DNA of 64,000 nt from Coniocarpon cinnabarinum (Eukaryota): the NCBI GenBank assembly GCA_051942205.1, contig JAVECO010000010.1:124001-188000 (forward strand), in the 5' to 3' direction. Made by a program: the position numbers and the translations under genes. This document shows positions 47,055 to 61,512 of this stretch, one piece after another. Below the pieces are notes generated by a model. It searched no databases. It was not told the DNA's origin and was given only the letters and a program-made list of their open reading frames with translations. Positions within the stretch are counted from its first letter, which is position 1; each line of letters starts with the position of its first letter.

Positions 47055-50000
47055 GGTCAGCACAGGTTTGATATCGCTCGCAATTATAAAAGTCAAGCGC
47101 GCAAGTCTGGCAGTGATGTGTGACAATGATGGTGAGAAAAAGTAGAAGAGGTAAGAGTGCGAAGAGTGGAAGAAGATATCACTTCTTGAGCTGTCGACAG
47201 ATACAGCTAGCTCGAAAAGTGTGATTTCTTTGCCTTTTGCCTCTATACAATCCCACTCCACGCATGTGAAGGGCACGTGCGTTGTACGTCGATTGCCTGA
47301 CTACCGGCTGGCATATGTCACTTTGCTAGGAAAGTCGTATAAGATGAGGACATCGTTAAGGACTATCAAACCAAAAGGACATCAACCAAAAGTCTTACTA
47401 AACAGTTGCTATAGGAGGAAGAGATTGACAAGGATTGAGATCCGCAAAAGCAAAGCGACGCTTTATTTGTTGCACTAAGGCCGTGATTTCTAACACCATA
47501 CCTGAGCTTCACTGGTGTCTTCGAGCTGCCACGAAAGAGATATGAGCGTCCGTATATCGACGCTTTGCAGCATCTAGGGTAGAACTGAGACATCTAAATT
47601 TACGCACGCTGTATGAATTGAAACCGCTTACCCCAAAAACCGGCTCAAATTGCATCTCCACTACTATCACCACCTTCGCCACGCTTCCCTCAATTCTCAA
47701 ACCAGATTATGTTTGGTATGCACTGGACAGGAAAATCCAAAGATCGTCGGCGCTGACGCTGTAAATCACAATTTTGCATTGCAATGAAGAAATCACAATG
47801 GCACGCGGTTAAAGTCGAGAATAGGCCGATCATAAAGTAGGTAGATGGGCTTTGTTCCCCTAATATCCAGACGTGAACCCGAACAGAAAGTTCAGCAGAC
47901 AGGCGCACCGGATTGGTGTTCTGGAGGAAGACGTAAAATGGCGCGTTTAGATTATTTTGTATTCTTTACGGTTGTAAGATCTATGAGAGCCTTTAAGGCG
48001 GCGTGTGGCACTACTAAAGAGCATCGAAGATGACACAGAAGCATGTATCGAAAGTCAATGGCAAGCCAGGGGTTAGGGAATGTTCGAAGAAGCAAGCAGC
48101 ACAACTAATACGAAAGACACAGGACATGAGTACGTCGTCGCTGGATTGGAAATCGGATGATGGGAGCTAAAGGCAGGGAAAGTTACGGGGAAGGGAATCA
48201 TAATGATCATTTCAGCAGCATCAATCTCGATTTTGCAGTTCGCATTCTCCAATGTTTAGATGTGGATTAATAGTACAAGTTCATCGCCAATCCGTAACTT
48301 GTGACTATCAGTTCTCTAGCTCGTGTCTGTCACCATTGACACACAACATGGAGTGCAGCTTATCAGCTCTCTATAGAAGGACAAAAGCCGAATTGCAACT
48401 TTGGCGCTTTAGCCAGAATGTGAAGCGGACACCGGACACCGGACACGGCATCATCAATACGAAGACATCCTAGAGTCAGATGCAAGAAGATATAGTATTA
48501 AAATATTATTCATTCCACAACGCTCTGAGCAAGCAAGTTCAGAAAAGCTGTGTTCGTCTATTCACAGCTCCACATGTCAGACGATAGTAGCCAGTGATAT
48601 CCTTGCTTGGAGGATCCGCCTCAAAGACAATTGAAATTACGTACGCGACCGCAAGCGTGATGCACGTAGTCCGTGTGTTGAATGCAGAGACCTTTAACTC
48701 CACAGCTCCTACTAATGATGTACTATGCGAATCACCTTGCCTGGTCTCAACTTGCAATTTTTCACTTCACCACACCAACAGGGTCCTAAACTTCTTCGAG
48801 CGGTCAGCTCTATGCAGCTGCAGACCCAGCAGCAACCTCACTATCCCGTTTTGAAGCATGCAATCCCTTTTACACGCGTTGTATAAGCCAGGCCATCGAT
48901 GCTCCAGGGAAACTTCACGTGTCATTGACAAGATGCTTTCGGGCTGTAAACCTCACCATCCTTTGCCCTCCCGCGTCCCTTTTTCCCATCCGACATCCTG
49001 CGAGTCTCACACTCGCTGTTTGGCCCGTATACTTCCGCTTCCTGAAAAGTTGCTAGAGTATACATATATACGAAATGCCCGGCGACGAGAACGATCCACC
49101 CGCAGGCGAGAAGCAGCGGCAACATCAACCCAGCGATCGTATCGCGGCTGCTCGTAATCTTAATGACATGGCGGGCGGGCAGCCACTTGTTGAGGTCATA
49201 AATCAGCCGCTATGTAGGTTTCCATCATAGCGAGAGGAGAGCTGAGCTGATGCTTGATGATAGCGCAGCCAGAGCAGAATGAATAGGATGCAGCGCAGCG
49301 GAGGGAGGGTGGGTGACATTGATTTGACGTACAGATGACAGTGTGCAATGATTGGTTAGGCTTTGAACAACATAGATGGCGTAGGTCTCTGACATGTACA
49401 CGTGTTGCACAGGGGAGACGTTACAGCATAGTCTTCCCGAAGTGGGATCGTGTGGATGATGTGGAGATTCGGCTTAGCCTTGCCTCAACTACAGGGCATG
49501 AGACATAGGCACAAGTGGTAGGAGGGTTGGAGCTACTGCGACTGTATGTAACGTTTGAGTTTAGAAGTTTCGTGACCATCAACTCCACAAGTCACTGCAG
49601 AAGTTAGTGAACAATTCTGATAGTGTTTTAACTTCATTCTTATTTCGCTCGAGTCATGATATAGCGATGATGGTCACGTTCTCAGCGAACTAGTTTCATT
49701 AGCACCACCAAGTGTGCTATAAAGGATCACCTAGTCATCCTCGTGGGACCTCGGGAAGTACTCGGGTCTTTGCCTACACTGCATTGACATACTTCTTTGG
49801 ACGCGGTTCGTTTCAACGACGAGAATGCTATTATGGCAACAGTATAGCACCAACACTGTATAGAGAGCAGCATCGTAGCGTATCTTCATCTTCAGAGACA
49901 TGCGAGAATGTCAAGAGGCTACGTGAAGGAAAGGTTGTTGCTCTGTCATGGAAAATTTGTAAGGCTAACTTGTCTGGTAAGACCGCTTACAGTATGATAT

Positions 50001-51040
50001 TTGAATCAGGATTACTATTGGCAACAAAAGCCCCTGGAGACGCCTTGTGTTGCTGGTGTTAGAGCTTTTGTCTACTCGTACGGGTAACCGTGTCGCACTC
50101 CAGCATTGCCTCCAGAGACGAGGTAGTTGTGCCTTTCATCATCGCAAAGCACGTTCGCTCCATCGAAGACATTCTGGCTGTGTCAGCCCCGACTGGGCAT
50201 CTGGAGGCTATCTGAAAGCATGGTCAAAGCGTGTGGCTCTCTGGACTGGAAAACACCGTGTGAGTGCCACGGGTTTTCTCCATGTCACAGCGCATCACGT
50301 GATGCAAGGAATATACTCCGTTTTACCCGCAATTCACGCCGGGCACAAAGCAAGCGAGATTCGTTGAGTTGGTCAAAGCATAGCCCTTCAGGAGGCTCTA
50401 TCATGATCTGGACTCTCAGAGAGGCGCAAGGGACATGACACGGCGCTTCTTTCAAACACGTTGGCACGGCTTGCACGTGCTTGACTTCAGCTGAGATGGC
50501 TGCTTGCCCAAATGGCAACGACTCGACTATCAGCAAGGGCAAAAGTATTGAGATCTTGGATGTCTGGTTGTGGTTGTCGTTCCAGTATTTTCAATGTGCA
50601 GGCGCTAAGGTTTCAAGTTTGTAAGCGCCGCGCATTGCTTCCACTCATTCATCCAGCGCTTATTCACTTGTCGCGAATGCTCAACCTCTGAAACCTGCAG
50701 CAAAAATAGCTTTGTCAATGCGAACGCTCAACGAACTTTGTTTGTGCTCACATGCAAGACGTCTGGTACTTAAGTCTCGCTGGTCGGCACTGCAAACCAC
50801 GAAGTTGCTCCTCAGTTCATTCATTGCATGTACCCTTACCTGCAAGCTACGATTTTCCTTTTCCTTCCTGGGTTTGTTATTGTGGTTCAGCGCATAATCA
50901 TCAAAAGTTTTCATCTGATTTCAAAGTCTCTCCCTTCTCCAAAAAGCCACCTCGTTGAGCAATTTTAGAGCTCGATTCGCGCAGGCGGACGACCTCACCT
51001 TTCCACTCAGCATCACAACCCACCTCATCCTGCTTTCAGT

Positions 51041-51692
51041 ATGCCTCTCCCAAGCTATGGAGCACCACCACTTGCCAAGTTCTTCCTCATCGTCCGCGCT
51101 TTCCAGTTGTTGGCTTTCATTATCATCGTCGGCATCACAGCAAACTTTGTCTCTGAGATTGTTGATAGTGGCTACCCGGTATGCCGAGAGATCGTAGGCA
51201 CTCTCACGGTCGTAAGTGCAACTATGGAACAACTCATCGAGCCCTTCCGAGCAGCATACTCACAGCATCCAGACTTGTCTCACAGCCTTCTACGTACTCA
51301 TCTCGATCGCATTCTTCTATGCCAACGCCAACCTCGGATTGCTCATCATGACCGTCTTCGATTTTCTCTGGCTCATAGCCTTCATTGTCATTGCTGTGGT
51401 TCTCGGCAAGCCATTGTCATATCTTCAATGCAAGCTCATCGACAGTGCCGACAAAGCTACAAACGCAGCCAACGCCTTTGCCTTCACCGAAAGCGTTAGC
51501 AATAACATCGGCAAACAGGGCAACTACGTCTCTTGGGTCGGAGCCACCAAAGCCAACTGCTATGAAAGCAAGGCCATTTGGGGGATCAGCATTGGCCTCT
51601 GCATCCTGTTTGCTTGCTCAGTCATGATGCTGCCTGTTCTTTGGATGAAGAGCAAGCGAGCAGCCAAGATGGGCAAGCCTGATTTTGGGTAG
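51041..51692 (+). CDS. MARVEL-domain-like four-TM membrane protein; intron about 51212-51272
   Basis: RAFQLLAFIIIVGITANFV, DFLWLIAFIVIAVVLGKPLSYLQC, CYESKAIWG. Confidence 0.8.
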
Positions 51693-52293
51693 AGCACGGT
51701 CGTCGAGCAAGCGTATTCGGCTGCTGAAGCCGACCGGTCGGAGGAAAGTATCTGCAGGCAACCGAGTAGGGAACGCAACGCACAGAAGCGGTCGAAGTCG
51801 CTCATTTATTTGCATCTGAAGGCGTTCGGTGTTTTCTAGAACTTTGTCAGCTCCAGCCTAGATGGCAGGCTGGGCCTACGTAGCTCGACAGTCTAATGAT
51901 AATGACCATCAACATGCATCAAGTCTCTTGTCAAAGCCACTTATTTCTTATCGCATCCTTGAGGAGAGACATCGGAGAACCAGAGCCATTGGCCAATCAG
52001 AAGCTGCACCATAGTAGCGTAGCAGCAAGCTCCACCACCTTAGACACCTTTTTATTTCTGTTCCTCCGCAACTCCCCTTCAATTTGAATACGCAAGGGAT
52101 GCGCAAGCTATACCACCCGTTGTCGTCTCTTTCTGAGTCACAATGATGTCCGAGAGATCGCAACTGAGTGGGCAGCCCCTGTCGCATCAGCAGTGCCGGT
52201 GATGGGAGGCCTTGCCGCGTCTTGGAATCTTGGGCTCGCGTTCTCTATAACCTCTAATTGATTGAACTCACCTCACGACCACCATCCGGCGCC

Positions 52294-53934
52294 ATGTCTT
52301 TGCTTCATCGAGCCTCGTCTACCGAGCGTCGTGCCTCTGCCTCTGCCTCACCCCTGCCGCACAGAGCTTCAAATGCAAGCACAAGCTCCACTCCCCTTCT
52401 CGAGCGCACGTCGACATATTCCAATACCCCGCGACGGCTTTCCTACAACCCTCTGATTGACGCGAAGACTGCCCCTTCAACTTCATCTGACGGAATGTCC
52501 TACGCAAAACGTCTGAGCCAGGTCGCGGCCGCGGTCGTGTACTGTTTGCTCGCAGCTGGCATTGTCTTTGGATACGCAGCGTTGAAGCCGGTGCTAATAT
52601 CGGAGGGCGTGTATCGTGATGTATGCACGGCGCAAGAGCTGCAACGGGACATGGAGGTATGTGAAAAGCAAGAGCTGCGACTGAACTTCATGTTTACACT
52701 GGCGGCCGTGAGCACGAACGTTGCTGCATTGCCCATTGGCTCTGTACTGGATCGCTTTGGACCTCGAGTGACCAGTCTCATCGGCTGTATCTTCTTGTGT
52801 TTGGGCTCACTTTTCCTCGCTTTCGCTGGCAATCTATCAACGCGAAATTTCGACGGTTATATCCCAGGCTACCTCTTCCTCGCGCTGGGTGGACCCAGCG
52901 TGTTCATACCCAGCTTTCAACTCAGCAATGCGTTCCCCGCCCGGAGTGGCCTGGTGCTTGCGCTTTTGACTGGAGCGTTCGATACAAGTTCGGCTCTATT
53001 CCTCATCTACAGACTGCTGTATCAGGGCACAGATGGCGCGTTCAAGCCTCAGCAGTTCTTTCTAATCTACCTCATTGTACCGGCAGCGATAGCCGTGTCG
53101 CAGATGACGCTCATGCCCAAAACCTCGTACCACAACGACGAGCAGCCGACAAGTACCAGCCCCGCACTGAGCCCATTGGCAGACACCGAGACTGATCCCC
53201 TCGTGCCGAAGAATGAAAACAAGCGCATGCCCGTCGCAGATGTCACCGGCGCACTACATGACCTGTCTGCACCCCGTCAGATCCGCTCACCCTATTTCAT
53301 TCTCATGACTCTCTTCACCATCATTCAGATGACACGCGTCAACTTTTTCGTGGCCACCATTCGTCCCCAATACTCTCACCTCATTGACCCGCATTTCGCC
53401 AAGCAACTCAATGGATTCTTCGACATCGCGCTTCCCCTTGGCGGCGTGTTTGCTGCGCCGTTAGTGGGAGCGCTACTCGACCACCTTCGCGTTGCCTACG
53501 TCTTGTCTCTTTTGGTGGGGACCGGGGCTGTGATTGGCATGCTGGGCTTGATTCCAGAAGCCTGGGCCGGCTACGTGAATGTCGTTCTCTTCGTGCTCTA
53601 CCGGCCCTTCTTTTACACGGCCGTGTCCGATTACGCTGCTAAAGTGTTTGGATTCAAGACCTTTGGGCAGACGTACGGGCTGATCATCTGTCTGGCGGGG
53701 TTAGGGAACTTCAGTCAAAGCGGGTTGGACAAGCTGACCTATGCCGAGTTTGGAGGCGACTACCGACCTGCAAATACGATCTTGCTTGTCGCTGCATTGA
53801 TCGTGGGAGTTGCGTTGGTGGGGTTTGTGTACAAGGAGGGCAAGCAGATGCAGCGCAGACGCCTGCTCGAGGAGGACGCAGCCCGGGGTCGGTCAGCAGA
53901 GGGAGATGGAAGCGCAACAGCTTATGGGTCGTGA
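52294..53934 (+). CDS. FMP42: MFS transporter, Fmp42 / SLC43 (LAT3)-like
   Basis: YCLLAAGIVFGYAALKPVLISEGVY..C...C.KQELRLN, LDRFGPR, LTGAFDTSS, QMTRVNFFVATIR.QY, YRPFFYTAVSDY..KVFGF.TFG. Confidence 0.82.
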   Translation: MSLLHRASSTERRASASASPLPHRASNASTSSTPLLERTSTYSNTPRRLSYNPLIDAKTAPSTSSDGMSYAKRLSQVAAAVVYCLLAAGIVFGYAALKPVLISEGVYRDVCTAQELQRDMEVCEKQELRLNFMFTLAAVSTNVAALPIGSVLDRFGPRVTSLIGCIFLCLGSLFLAFAGNLSTRNFDGYIPGYLFLALGGPSVFIPSFQLSNAFPARSGLVLALLTGAFDTSSALFLIYRLLYQGTDGAFKPQQFFLIYLIVPAAIAVSQMTLMPKTSYHNDEQPTSTSPALSPLADTETDPLVPKNENKRMPVADVTGALHDLSAPRQIRSPYFILMTLFTIIQMTRVNFFVATIRPQYSHLIDPHFAKQLNGFFDIALPLGGVFAAPLVGALLDHLRVAYVLSLLVGTGAVIGMLGLIPEAWAGYVNVVLFVLYRPFFYTAVSDYAAKVFGFKTFGQTYGLIICLAGLGNFSQSGLDKLTYAEFGGDYRPANTILLVAALIVGVALVGFVYKEGKQMQRRRLLEEDAARGRSAEGDGSATAYGS

Positions 53935-54730
53935 GAAGCGAAGACACACTTAACACAGTTGTGCTACAGTGACGACGCACGGAAAAGGCTTTTGTAGCTA
54001 CAATGCCAAAGCCAGCTGCATACCATTGCAGGGCTGACGGCCATGACAGCCAATGGCTTGCATGAGCAGGGGAGGGGCTGCGGCGGAGTGGATTTTGATG
54101 GTTGAAAACGTCCGCCGCAACCAATCACGCTCTGGTCTGAACAGTGAACTCATGGACTCGCGGCCTGACGAGCCTTGCATGCGTCTGCAGATTGAGGTAC
54201 GACAGCGCGTTCGGTGAGGATGATGTACCTGCATGGATGGCGCCTTCGACTTGAGTGGGTGTATTGTCGTCTTCGTGGAGAAGGTGAAGGACGTGTAGAA
54301 AGAACCACGGCGTGAGGACTGAGGCATCTTGAGTGCATGTTATCTGCGCTGGCCGCAGGTTGACTACGTCTCGAGTGCGTCTTGAGTGCGGATAAAGAGA
54401 CAAGATGGAAGGTTACGACGAAGGTTGGGGCCGAATTATTGAGCTAGTCCACAGAGAGAACTGCGCCACACCGGGGGGAGGCGGAAGGGGCCGAGGGGGG
54501 CCAAAAGAGCCAGCTGGGAAGCTTGTGACCGTGGTGCGCCACAGTGCTGGCATCGTCCATCTTTCTCCAAACCTGCTCACCGCCTGACTGTACTGCCCTC
54601 GTTCCCTCGCTCCCTCGCTCCCTCCTTCCTCGCACAAGTGTCCAGCTTCATTGGCCTCCGTCCTCTTCTTCACCTGTGTCAATGCCGCTTCCCTCCTCCC
54701 GCTCGTCACGTCGCCTCGTCGAGCTACACC

Positions 54731-56529
54731 ATGACCACGACCGCCGCCCAGGTCAAGACCGACCAAGGTCCCACCAAGAGTGACGATGCTGCTCAGAACT
54801 GGGGCTATCTCATCAGGCGCAACAAGAGCCCCTCTGACAAGCTCGACCGACTGCTCAGAGGCATTTTCGTCTGCATAGTTTGTTCTTCGCCACGGCTCCC
54901 TGTGGATGAATACAGCTAACGCCACAGTTCCAGAGCAAAAAGCACCCGATCAACGAGTGCCACGACCTCGCCCCCCCTCAGCTCGCCGCTTTCTACCGCG
55001 AAGTTGGTGGCAACTATGACTCCCTCTTCGTCGACGGCGACCCTGCCTCCCTCGCTCTCATCTATCGCTCCCTTGGCTGCGCCCATTCCCTCCAACCAGA
55101 CCCGTCCGACGACGACAGCTGCTATGCCTCACCCTCCATCCCCGCCCTCAAACCTCGCGGCTTCGTCACGTGGCAGACCATCCAGCTCTTGCTCACCCCA
55201 CAGGAGCACGTCGACTTCATTCAGCGTGCCCTCGCCAAGTACGATGTCCACGATCCTTACACGAAGAAGCCTTTCCCCAAAATTTTACCGTCTTCCTGTT
55301 TTCCCTCGCATCCAGATGCAGACATGGAGCGCTGGCACGAGCAAGTCGCCAATCGCCTCGAGCGAGATGCTCAAGATGCTACAGATCGATCTGGACACCA
55401 CGAGCATCGTCACCAAATTGTGCATAACCCTGCTCGACCGATATCAGCAACGCCTGGTGATGGCCCTGGCACGCCTGGATCAGAACGAGTCGATAGTTTG
55501 CGGCATGAGCATCGGACGACATCTTCGGACGACTTGAGACCGAGACTTGTGCGCTCCTTTTCCAAAGCGGCACCGCCCAAGCTGAAAGAGGGTGGGAAAG
55601 CAGTCGCTTTGACTGTGCGCAACATCGCCAACCCCTTCCTTTGGAGTAGTGCTCAGGAAAATGACCATGATCATGGGTCGCGCTCTCGTCGACGCAGTCA
55701 TGACGCTCGTGACGCCGGCGACAGCGAACGCACCAATCGCCCACGACCCCACCGTCAGTCTTCTGTCTCCACTTCACGACCACGGCCGAGGCGAGGAAGG
55801 AGTCATGACGCTCCCAAGCACGCGGGCTCGCCGACAAGTGAAGAGCGCCAACCGCCCAGGCATCGGCCACGACGACATCGAAGTCACGACCCCAGCACCA
55901 ATGATTACTTCGATCAGGCTTGGGATGCGCGGCCGAGCAGTCAGTACAAGTCTGACTTTGGCAGTGACGTTGATCCAACGCCCGGACGTCGGAAATCAGC
56001 AGACCATGGCCGTCATTCTGATCGCCGTAGTGGCGAGTACAATTCTCCGCGACCCGGCCGTACACGAGCAGGCTTCTCTGTCAGCGAAGGAACCAGAAAG
56101 AAAAGCGGCGATACACTGGCCCCAGACAAGGACTCCGCGTATTCTCAGCGTAGACATCGAAGCAGCGTGCCGCACGCCAAAATGCCACAAAACTCAGAAA
56201 ACTACAATAGCATGCGCAGTCCGCCGAGTGGAAGACCCATGGAAGGCGTACGGAATGTCACACCGTTCAAAGACCCGTTCGCCAACGACTACGGCAGCAA
56301 GCGGGATGCAAGAGATGGGCGAGGGTGGCGCGTGCCCCCGGATGCAGCAAGCAACTCAAGCTCACTCAGCGGCAGCAGTGTGATGAGCCCGACAGGTCAA
56401 GATGCTGGATCAGTAGCTGGTAGCCGTGGTGGCAGCCAGCCTGCGCATCGATATGTCACGCCCGGGCAGGTGAACGGAGTCCGCGGGAGGGCATACCCCA
56501 GTGGCGGTGACCTTTCCCAGCGGTGGTGA
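54731..56529 (+). CDS. Conserved fungal protein (DUF7514-like N-terminal domain plus Arg/Ser-rich disordered tail); one intron near 54877-54930
   Basis: WGYLI...LDRLLRGI, LAAFYREVGGNYDSLF, LGCAHSLQP, PSIPALKPRGFVTWQTIQLLLTPQEHVDFIQ. Confidence 0.75.
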
Positions 56530-57252
56530 ATGGAGACCACAATCCTGCCCTTGATTCGAATCTGGGCGTTGGGACATGTGCATTGGTGGACCATGGGTGA
56601 CTTGGGACGAGTTACGACGTTCGGACGGAATGGAGACATGAATTCGGGATCCCCTCATTTTTGATAATACGTAGCGGGAAGCTAAAGCACAACTCAATGG
56701 AACGACACTCGGGCGTGGCTTCGAGACGTCACTCAACTTTGACATTCAAGGCAATTTATCTTCATTGTTTGAAAGTAGTCTTCCTCGTGGCTGCTGGAAG
56801 CTTATCGTGCTGGAAGCTTATCATGCTGGAGCAGTGCCCTGTGACGAACGCACTTGCGCTGAGTCAACATGCCATATGTATAATTCGCTCTGAGCCCCTG
56901 CCAGGTCATGCATGGGCGGGCTGCGTCGGTGCTGAAAATTGCTACTTGCATTGGGCTCAGGCTCGAGTAGATATTGGCTGTGATGTAGCAACACGGGGAT
57001 ATGAGTCTCAACGTCCAGCCTCCAGCAATGTCGAGACTACCATGAAATAAGTCGGCAAAAGGTGGTCAAGTAGAGGGGACTTTTGCTCGACCTGACATGT
57101 GATCTTGGCATTTGGAGATCTCGAGCGATGACGCTCGCCCGTGCCTTGCTTGACCGTTCCATTCTTTCCGCCCATCTCAAGCAAGTGCGAACAGGCGACA
57201 AAATGTCTTCCGCTACTGATCACTTTCTTTCCTCAACACCTCGTAGGGCGCC

Positions 57253-59381
57253 ATGGAGGCCGTGGAGAAGGCTAAAAGACTGTCGACTTCCCTGAAATCA
57301 CCAGACAAGCATCAATCAGAGACCCACGCACAAGACGAAGTCCAAGATACTTTTCAAAGCCCAGCGTTCTCGACGGGTACTTTCGCGCAGAACGGCAATA
57401 CTCAGCAGCCGAAGCAACGGAGATTTGTTGACGGTGTGAAGAAGACTGCACGCGCGGTTGCGCATCCAAGAGAAGCGGCCAAAAGCCATGCCACAAGCAA
57501 GGTCATTGCCAATGAGCGGCCTTGGCTGAACAACCAAGCGGACGCAGACGAGGAATATCTAGAGGCGCACGATGTACGTGATGCCACGGTGAACAAGCTA
57601 CGACGCAAGACGCAGGATCCCAACGGCGTAGAGCCAGCGCAGGAAGAACTGCAGGATGCAGTGGCGCAACAGCAGAAGACGCTGGATCAAGTGGAAGAAG
57701 AACGCTTGCAGTTGCAAGTCGGGTGGCATATGTCTAGATATGTCAACAGAGCTCGAATCGTACAGAGAAGCTCGTTGGCATTTCCAAAGAAAAGTCTTTA
57801 CGAGGAACGTGACGCGCAGGGTCGTTACATTCGTACGGACTGGGGTCGATGGATTGGACATGTATGTGGATTTATTGCAATTCCGAATACAATCAGTGCA
57901 AGCCCACTGACTTTGCCGGCAGTTGGTGTTCTGGTCCTGTCAAGACTGTTCTATGCATTACGTGGATCCAACGAATGAAGTGCCTTATGATCGTGAAGTC
58001 CTCGTCAATCAGATCGAGCGCCTTCTGGTCGCGTCTGAAGTCTTCCAACTGTGGTGGATGCGCGTTCGCAAGGTTTACACGTGGGAGGATCCTTGGTTGA
58101 CAGCCCGGTGGCTGCTGCTCTATTTGTCGCTGCTGAAGACGGGCTACTTCATGAGCTTTTACGTATGGCGCACCTATCATTCGGGTCGAAGCACTACAAC
58201 ATACTGACGATGCGACTCCAGTGGGGCTATCTGCTCTATTCCGCCGTCACCAACCGCACTGGTCGTCATACTCGCCGCTGGATGCAAGAGTCACATGAGC
58301 GTACACATCTTGCCCATGAACGCGCGTCAATGCTGAGTGAGCTCGTCCTCCGGCATGGCAAAGAAGATTGGCTCGAACCCCTTCTCGATGAGTTTGGACC
58401 ATGGATTCAGCTTCAAGTCAGTGACATGGCAGACTTTCTGGAATCGGCAGCGAGCTACTACGATTGGAGGAACGTGACTTCGACGACGTCAACGTGCATT
58501 GCCTACGCTGCTCTCTTCCTTGTGTCTGCCATTCCACGGCTGGAATATAGCATCAAGATCTTTTGGTTTGCTTGTGGGTTGTACTACTTCTTGAGCCGGC
58601 CAATATCCACAAATTTCCCTCGCTGGCGGCGTTCAGTTGACCCAATCAGATGGATGTGAGTAGAAAGACAAAAAAAAAACCGTGATCCCAATTGCTGACG
58701 ACGCCTTGCAGGTATTGGGACAGTCCGACAGCGTGTAAGATGAATGCAAATGGTATCCCAGACGCATGCTAACCTATCTGATTAGCTGAGCTCTCATTTC
58801 AATATCTGCGTTCACGAGCGTGGACCTCATTCACACGCAGTAACGACATCCCAACGCCGAACGCAGACGAGGAGCCGTCTGAAAGTGACGACGAGTTTTT
58901 TGAGGACGCGCGCGAGACACACTCTCCCGACTCGGACGAACACACGTCTGCTGAGCGCTTTGATGACGATTCCCGACCGACCATCACCTCCTTCTCAGCT
59001 AGATGGAAAGGGCAATCGGGGACCCTGGAATTAAGCCCAGCGACGATCCGCTTCACGTCATCAAGCAAACTCAGCAAGCAGTCAAGCGTGCACTGGGAAC
59101 GCCCATGGTCTGACATGCTCGAAGTGCGCAAGACCAAGCGCCCTAGCCCAGCAGGCAGCAGGCGTCCGCCCTATGCTTTGACCATCCTCTGGCGCGACCA
59201 CTTCTTGAAACAGAGACTTCCCGGGGAAGAACGGTTAAAGGCGGACCCGGAGCACCTGGATGAGCTATATGGCATGCAGATCACCGCTCGCAACGACGCG
59301 TTCAATGCGGTTGTGGGCATATCGGGGCTTTGGTGGATGGAAGTTCGACCGGATCCCAAGGCTCAAGATCGTATGCATTAG
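57253..59381 (+). CDS. Uncharacterised fungal membrane-associated protein; multi-exon including a ~23-nt micro-exon; C-terminal PH/GRAM-like region
   Basis: Consecutive exons joined by GT-AG introns; RKVYTWEDPWLT, GPWIQLQVSDMADFLE, YYDWR, WM-YWDSPT, RNDAFNAVVGISGLWW. Confidence 0.7.
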
Positions 59382-60555
59382 CTGTTGAGGAGCAGATTCC
59401 TACGGCATTGCATGGACAACTCCAACCACTAATGTTCTCTATTCATGAGTGTCGGATCTTATCTCGCCTCGACAAGTTACTCGTCTACTTTAGGCAGGTA
59501 AAGATTCGAAATCAGACTGACGTGGTATTTCACCGAGTCTCATTTCAGAAGCAGGCCAAGCTGGAGGCTGTTTTCCGTGGGACGGCTGAATGATAAGATT
59601 GAGCCTGTTGCGGGACTCTTCTCCTCATACATTTTAAAGGAACATGTCAAACTGACAATGGTGATCACTCTTAAAGTGATAAAATACCAAGCTCAATGCC
59701 GATCGTGCGTGCAAGTGACTGAAGACGCCTAGACATGTATGGACACGTCTGACCCACAATAGCGTTGTTGTGTCAATGAGCTCTCGCAGCATTCGGCGGT
59801 CGATGCATGTGGATGTCATTCTCAACGGTGAGCATTACTCGTCAGGAGCGAGGGGTATCTCTGTCGTGAGTATCCTGGTCATAGGCCCCAACCTCGCAGA
59901 GGATACTAACAAGTGATGCTCGCTCATTGTGACATCGAAACGATAGACGCCACGTCTGGGATCCCTAGCCCATGAGGAATCACCGAGTATCATGGGCGAC
60001 ATCTCATTCATTTGCTACACGTCATCCTTCGTGTCATCATTGCTGGTCGTGTTTGCTCCATGATCACTGCAATCAAATCGAATTCCTCGCCTAGATACTG
60101 TAAGAAGTGAAACCCTTTCACATAATGTCCTCTTTATTCGACGTTGTTCCACCAAAGTTGCTCATCAAAGCTGCTCACGCATAGATGTAGCAGTCGCCGT
60201 TTTGAAACAAATCTTCGACGGCTGGGGGTTCAATTTCGTGACGTGTGCGATGGGTGCAATTTGTCGCGCTGTGCAGGCGGGTAGAATCAGAAACTCTAGG
60301 CACGAAGATGCAAGAAGACGGGAGCATAAAGCAATTGTGAATCGACAAAAGCCATAGCGCGAATGTTGTACTGGTAGGTAGGTGTGACTTGGCTTTGATG
60401 GGTGCCATATTTATCACGTTACTGTGATTCATACATATATCTGAATGTGATTGGATTTAGGCACAGGAGTGACGTAAGATGGTCCATTGCTTGTGCGTAT
60501 GTAATGTGGAGTTCATATCGAAATAGAAATTGCTTAAGGATAAAAGGGCTAGCAT

Positions 60556-60659
60556 TGGTGATACAATGATGGTTGATACAATGCTGGTTGATACAATGAT
60601 GGTTGATACAATGATGGTTGACACAATGATGGTTAATACAATGATGATCGATACAATAG
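60556..60659. repeat. 15-bp minisatellite TGGTTGATACAATGA x7
   Basis: Seven near-identical units visible directly. Confidence 0.9.
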
Positions 60660-61512
60660 CTACTAATTTAATCAGTATAGTCATTCTTAACTCATTCTTC
60701 AATAGAATTTCACAGTACAAGCCGTCCCATTGCCACGACTAGCCGTATCACTGCCGTAACAAGGCGTAAACCTCGCTCGCGTCCTTGACCAAGTTTCAGA
60801 AAGAGTCAGAAAAGACATGAGTCGGATTTCATCTCGGCTATGATCTCAGATCGCGTCTTCACTCTCCAAGAACATGATTCAGATTGAAGAAAGCAATGTC
60901 CACCATACTGGTACTACGTGTCGCGCCATCACAAGAAGAACAGCGCGCTTGGATACTTAATGAAGAAATAGGAAACGAGAGTGCTTCGTGATGTTGCACC
61001 ATTTAGCTGAGAAGAAGACCGTAGAGCCCGTGGGGTCGCATCTGGAGTAATCGAAAAGACAAGGAATGAGCGACGTAGCGATGTGGCAACATGACGGATC
61101 TTATGGACGGATCGTATGGATGGACATCACGATCAAATCATCAGATTCCAAGTTCCTGGATCTGAGATGTCGTCCAAGACTCAATGTTAATTCTTTAATA
61201 TTAATTCGTTTGACGACTCCATTATTCCACTCCTCGTGAGAACGACCGAGCCGACTCGCATGATGAGTATCCGCCCGTTTTATCCCATTCGAATATCGAT
61301 TTCACATCGCACGAAATCGCGAAACCGTCATTCAGACGACGCTATACTGCCGCCCACAATGTCTCTACAAGCAATACAGCTTGCATTTGAACGCCTCGGA
61401 GCTGATCAATGAGTGAGCTACATCGATCGCCATGTAGTCGATATCGATTCATCGCATCTACAACCCGTCTTAACTCCATCCTCTACTCCCTCCTCATCAT
61501 TACAAAACTCAA

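Noticed and set aside
47100..51000. Short ORFs in a 4-kb gap
   Set aside because: No family motifs or convincing splice structure; treated as intergenic
60457..60742. Repetitive ORFs (IIVST / MMVDT) as a second RiPP precursor
   Set aside because: No repeated dibasic sites, no synonymous-site pattern and no tailoring gene; explained by the 15-bp minisatellite
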